Below, piece by piece: positions 35,657-39,037 of a DNA stretch of 39,037 bases. This stretch comes from a virus. Lineage: Duplodnaviria; Caudoviricetes. The notes under the pieces were generated by a model. It was not told the origin of the DNA, searched no databases, and saw only the letters and a list, made by a program, of their open reading frames with translations. Each line of letters starts with the position of its first letter. Position 1 is the stretch's first letter. The position numbers and the translations under genes were made by a program. Location of the stretch: the IMG/VR virus record IMGVR_UViG_3300022695_000170, positions 1 through 39,037 of that record; one strand, given 5' to 3'.

Positions 35657-38600
35657 ATGAGCAAGAAAAAAAAATATGATTTTTTACCGGATTATGATTG
35701 GGATGGTATTAAAATACAGGATATTCCTAAACCTGTATTAGGGACATACGATAATTTTAATAACCCTAACAATGTTTATATGCCAAATGTCCCTCCTTCT
35801 TCAAAATTAGAATTGCCTCCTGATGTTGCACAACATAATTTAAATACTCCAATGACTCCAATAGGGACAATTAAAGAAACTCCAAAACATCCTACTTCTC
35901 TTATTTTTAACCCTGAAGGGATAGGAAAATATCTAAATCAATTAGTTGAACCTTCACGAAGATTAATGCAAGAAGATATACCAAATTTTACGAAAAATCC
36001 TATCGGTTCGGGGATTGGGGCAGTGAGTGATGTTGGAAATCAATTATTTGCTCCATTTTCAACTGCTTTTTCAGTAGTAACTGATGTATTAAAAAAAATT
36101 CCAGAAGTTAAAATCACAAAAAATCTTTCGTTAGGAGGTAAAGATTTAGCTAATGCAGTTGAATTACCTTTTAAAATATTAGCTCAAGCTCCACGAGAAG
36201 GAGCAAAATTATTAGATAAAACAGGATTACCTAATAACAAAGAGATTGCAAAATATTTACACACAACACCCGAAAGAATAAATAATATAACTTCGAGAAT
36301 AAGCGATATTAATTCACTTGGGGCAACATTATTAGGATTAAGATTATTAAAAGTTCCCATTGATAAAATAAAACCTGAAGATGTAATGGAAACATTAAAA
36401 AAATCAATGGACGTAGGTAAGAAAGCATTAAATAAAATTAATAAAAATTTACCTTCGAATTATGAATCCCCAATCCGTTATAAAGGTAATTTAGCACCTG
36501 CAGGATATGAATATTTTTCGAATATGTCTAAAGACCTTTCGAGAACACCTGCTGAAAGAGAAGTGGCAGCTAATTATTTAAAAAAAGAAGGATTAATGCC
36601 TGAGGATCCAGTCCAGCATCAAGTATTAAAACTTTTAGGAATGGGTGAGATACCTGAAAGACCAATGGGGACAAAAATAGAGCCAGAAATACCCCAAAAT
36701 GCTCAAGAATTACCTACACCTAAGGATAACATCAAATTACAAGAGAAAACGCCGCCAGCAACGAGCCAGACGGCAGCGACGAAGGATATAACAATAAACG
36801 GTATTACTATTAAGCGTATCACTGCATTAAAACGTATTAAAAACCTTAATAAAGAAATTGAGGTAGCAAAAAACAACAATAATGAAGGTCTTGTTAAGAA
36901 AAAGAATAGAATTCGAACAATTTACATAAATGCACTTAAAGGAGTTAATAAAGGGGTTAACAATGAAAGTAAACAGGCATTTCCTATTAAAACCGAAAAA
37001 CCTATTGAAAAAGAAAATATCACGAAAAATACAGAGAGAATTCCAAAGAATAATGCGGGAATACCAAAAACATTAAAAAGCATTCAACAAATGCTTAACG
37101 AAGGCAAAAAACCGAGAGATATTGCAAAAAAATTAGATATTCCAGTTAGAGAAATATTAAAAAATAATCCCGATTTGACAAAAAATAAAGAGACAGAAAA
37201 GCCTTTATCCAATGAAGAAATTGCGAAAAAATTAAGATTACCTATTGAGAAAGTTTCAGAAATGCAAAAAAAAGGTACAATAGAATCAAATAAAAAAGTC
37301 AAAATTATAACAGACCAGACAGAAGTACAAAAAATAAAAAATAGTATAGCTGAAGGCGAATTAATATTAAGAACTGGTAAAATCCACGGGCGTAAATTAT
37401 CTAATGATGAGTTAAATACAGTACAAAGACAAGTTAATAGAGAAAAAGTGAAGATAGGCAAAAAAATTGAAGACAAAGGCACAGAACTTTATCAAGAATC
37501 CAATAAACCACTTTCAAAAGCGATAATAGATAAAGGGGCAAAAGAGAATAGTATTTTAAATGAAGCGAAAGCATTAGCACAAAATGGAATGGTTGGTGCT
37601 TTACGTCAATCAGTTCTCAAAAGCGCAATCCAAAGAGCAGAAAAAAGTAATAATTTTGATGAACTTAAAGATAGAATAGAAAAGACAAAAGAATATTTGG
37701 GGGATTATACTGAAGAAGTAAACAAAAGACAAGAAATAGAAAATAAACATTTTGGAAGAATAAAAGAATCTTTTAGAAAAGAATACCCTACTGAAGCAAA
37801 GCTTAAGTCTGCATTAAAAAAAATAGATAAAGAATTGGAGAAAGAAAGAAAAACACGAGGAGCATTTTCAGACCCATCTCAAGATTTATCTATGAAAAAT
37901 ATAATGGATTACAAGTTTGCAATAAAAGAATTATTAGAAGAGGTTTCTTCTACAGAGAAAGGTAAAAAAGTTAATCTTTATCAAAAACCCAATAAACTTC
38001 TTTCAACACTTCCTAAAAAACAATTAGATACTCAAATTAATTCAGTTAATAAATTACTTGGGAATAATTTTAATGTAAAATTAGATACATCAATTAAAGA
38101 TAAAAATGGTAAAGCAGTAGCGGGTAGTACAGATTTAAAATCTAATACAATTAAAATTAACCCCAATGTAGCAAATTTAACAACAGCTATTCACGAAATC
38201 GCACACGGAGCGACAAAGATTGTTTTAAATCAAAATCCGAGACGTGGAAAAGCTTTATTAAAACTTAATGGTTGGGATTTAAAAGGCGACCCATTCGACT
38301 TTAATAATCCAACTACTTTAAAAGCTTGGGAAAATATTAGTAAAAAGGCAGAAGCATATTCCACAGATGAAAGCAAATTTATGTCAGAAACACCGAGAGC
38401 GGCTTGGTATAAAGAATTTTTTGATAAACTTAAAAATATATGGGAATCTTTAAAGAACTTCTTTAAAGGCAAAGGATTTGTTTCGGAAGGTAAATTTTAT
38501 GATGATATGTTAAAAGGGAAGTTTAAAGATGAACCAATAAATAACAAAATATTGGAAAGTCAACCATTATTCCAATTAAATAGTGATGAACCAAAAGTCT

Positions 38601-39037
38601 CCGAAAATATTCGAAACAAAGATAAACCGGAAATATTTGATAGCTTTATTAATTTATCTAAAGGGAAAAGAAAAGAAATATTAGAAAATTCCGACATTTC
38701 TAATGTTGCGATAAAAGAAACAAAGTCCGGTAATAAAATACCCGCAATTCGCAAAAGTGGTTTTTATGCAGTGAAAGAACTGGAAACCGCTCCTATAAGA
38801 GACATTTATAAACAATCTCAATCACCGCATAATATGGCGTTAATGCAAGATGAATATAAAAAAGGTGGAAAGTTTGGAGTAGTATATAAAAAAGTATGGC
38901 TTCCTGTAATGCGAGCAGTTAAAGAAAGTGCAAAATTAAAAATAAGATATGATAGTAGATTCCGTTCTTTAATGAGCAAACATAATTTTAAGATAAATAA
39001 ACGAAATGGATTATTATTATCCGATTGGTTAGAAAAG
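35657..39037 (+). CDS. N-terminal part of the ~1705-aa large virion protein (continues at 1..1836), with a zincin HExxH domain
   Basis: ATG at 35657 (MSKKKKYDFLPDYDW...). Missing from the ORF track, consistent with no stop before the window end; the frame was spot-checked, not fully translated. TTAIHEIAHG at about 38180-38209. Confidence 0.8.
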   Translation, partial: MSKKKKYDFLPDYDWDGIKIQDIPKPVLGTYDNFNNPNNVYMPNVPPSSKLELPPDVAQHNLNTPMTPIGTIKETPKHPTSLIFNPEGIGKYLNQLVEPSRRLMQEDIPNFTKNPIGSGIGAVSDVGNQLFAPFSTAFSVVTDVLKKIPEVKITKNLSLGGKDLANAVELPFKILAQAPREGAKLLDKTGLPNNKEIAKYLHTTPERINNITSRISDINSLGATLLGLRLLKVPIDKIKPEDVMETLKKSMDVGKKALNKINKNLPSNYESPIRYKGNLAPAGYEYFSNMSKDLSRTPAEREVAANYLKKEGLMPEDPVQHQVLKLLGMGEIPERPMGTKIEPEIPQNAQELPTPKDNIKLQEKTPPATSQTAATKDITINGITIKRITALKRIKNLNKEIEVAKNNNNEGLVKKKNRIRTIYINALKGVNKGVNNESKQAFPIKTEKPIEKENITKNTERIPKNNAGIPKTLKSIQQMLNEGKKPRDIAKKLDIPVREILKNNPDLTKNKETEKPLSNEEIAKKLRLPIEKVSEMQKKGTIESNKKVKIITDQTEVQKIKNSIAEGELILRTGKIHGRKLSNDELNTVQRQVNREKVKIGKKIEDKGTELYQESNKPLSKAIIDKGAKENSILNEAKALAQNGMVGALRQSVLKSAIQRAEKSNNFDELKDRIEKTKEYLGDYTEEVNKRQEIENKHFGRIKESFRKEYPTEAKLKSALKKIDKELEKERKTRGAFSDPSQDLSMKNIMDYKFAIKELLEEVSSTEKGKKVNLYQKPNKLLSTLPKKQLDTQINSVNKLLGNNFNVKLDTSIKDKNGKAVAGSTDLKSNTIKINPNVANLTTAIHEIAHGATKIVLNQNPRRGKALLKLNGWDLKGDPFDFNNPTTLKAWENISKKAEAYSTDESKFMSETPRAAWYKEFFDKLKNIWESLKNFFKGKGFVSEGKFYDDMLKGKFKDEPINNKILESQPLFQLNSDEPKVSENIRNKDKPEIFDSFINLSKGKRKEILENSDISNVAIKETKSGNKIPAIRKSGFYAVKELETAPIRDIYKQSQSPHNMALMQDEYKKGGKFGVVYKKVWLPVMRAVKESAKLKIRYDSRFRSLMSKHNFKINKRNGLLLSDWLEK
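38939..39037. repeat. Direct terminal overlap, copy 2
   Basis: Identical to 1-99. Confidence 0.97.

Noticed and set aside
465-38754. Minus-strand and nested ORFs from the track (e.g. 465-740, 2316-2762, 5116-5307, 5209-5424, 19418-19687, 21562-21897, 34367-34726, 37084-37482, 38230-38472)
   Set aside because: They are shadows of well-supported overlapping genes, with antisense-type F/L/S/I-rich composition and no recognisable motifs.
38939-39037. Biological terminal repeat
   Set aside because: It is exactly 99 bp and falls mid-gene, which fits a k-mer overlap from circular assembly rather than physical ends.
1-39037. Alternative genetic code, integrase/att site, tRNA genes
   Set aside because: Core genes are intact under the standard code with all three stops in use; no tyrosine or serine recombinase motif or cloverleaf was recognised by eye (tRNAscan-SE and HMM searches would settle this).

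Overview
The window looks like a complete, circularly assembled, very AT-rich dsDNA phage genome of about 38,938 bp: bases 1-99 repeat exactly at 38939-39037. Gene content points to a short-tailed (podovirus-like) virion: small and large terminase, portal, scaffold, major capsid, three adaptor-like paralogs, a tail nozzle, internal virion proteins and a beta-helix tailspike, with no tape measure or sheath. The largest internal protein (about 1705 aa, HExxH motif) crosses the contig junction. Also present are a lysis module (holin-like genes, GH108 endolysin), a recombination/replication module (Gp157-like, Mgm101/Rad52-like, DUF1367, HNH, initiator with iterons, NinG-like) and a leftward early operon with an XRE HTH gene. 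No integrase, reverse transcriptase, tRNA or CRISPR array was recognised. Main oddities: (1) an orphan DGR Avd gene plus a template-repeat stub fused to a methyltransferase and a LAGLIDADG gene, between two diverged copies of one gene start; (2) a perfect 26-bp inverted repeat upstream of the two convergent early promoters; (3) a DUF2292-like gene followed by a terminator/antiterminator-like RNA before the capsid genes; (4) a C4-like structured leader before the HNH/replication genes; (5) a stand-alone RNA polymerase alpha-CTD mimic. All family calls come from motif recognition by eye, not from database searches.
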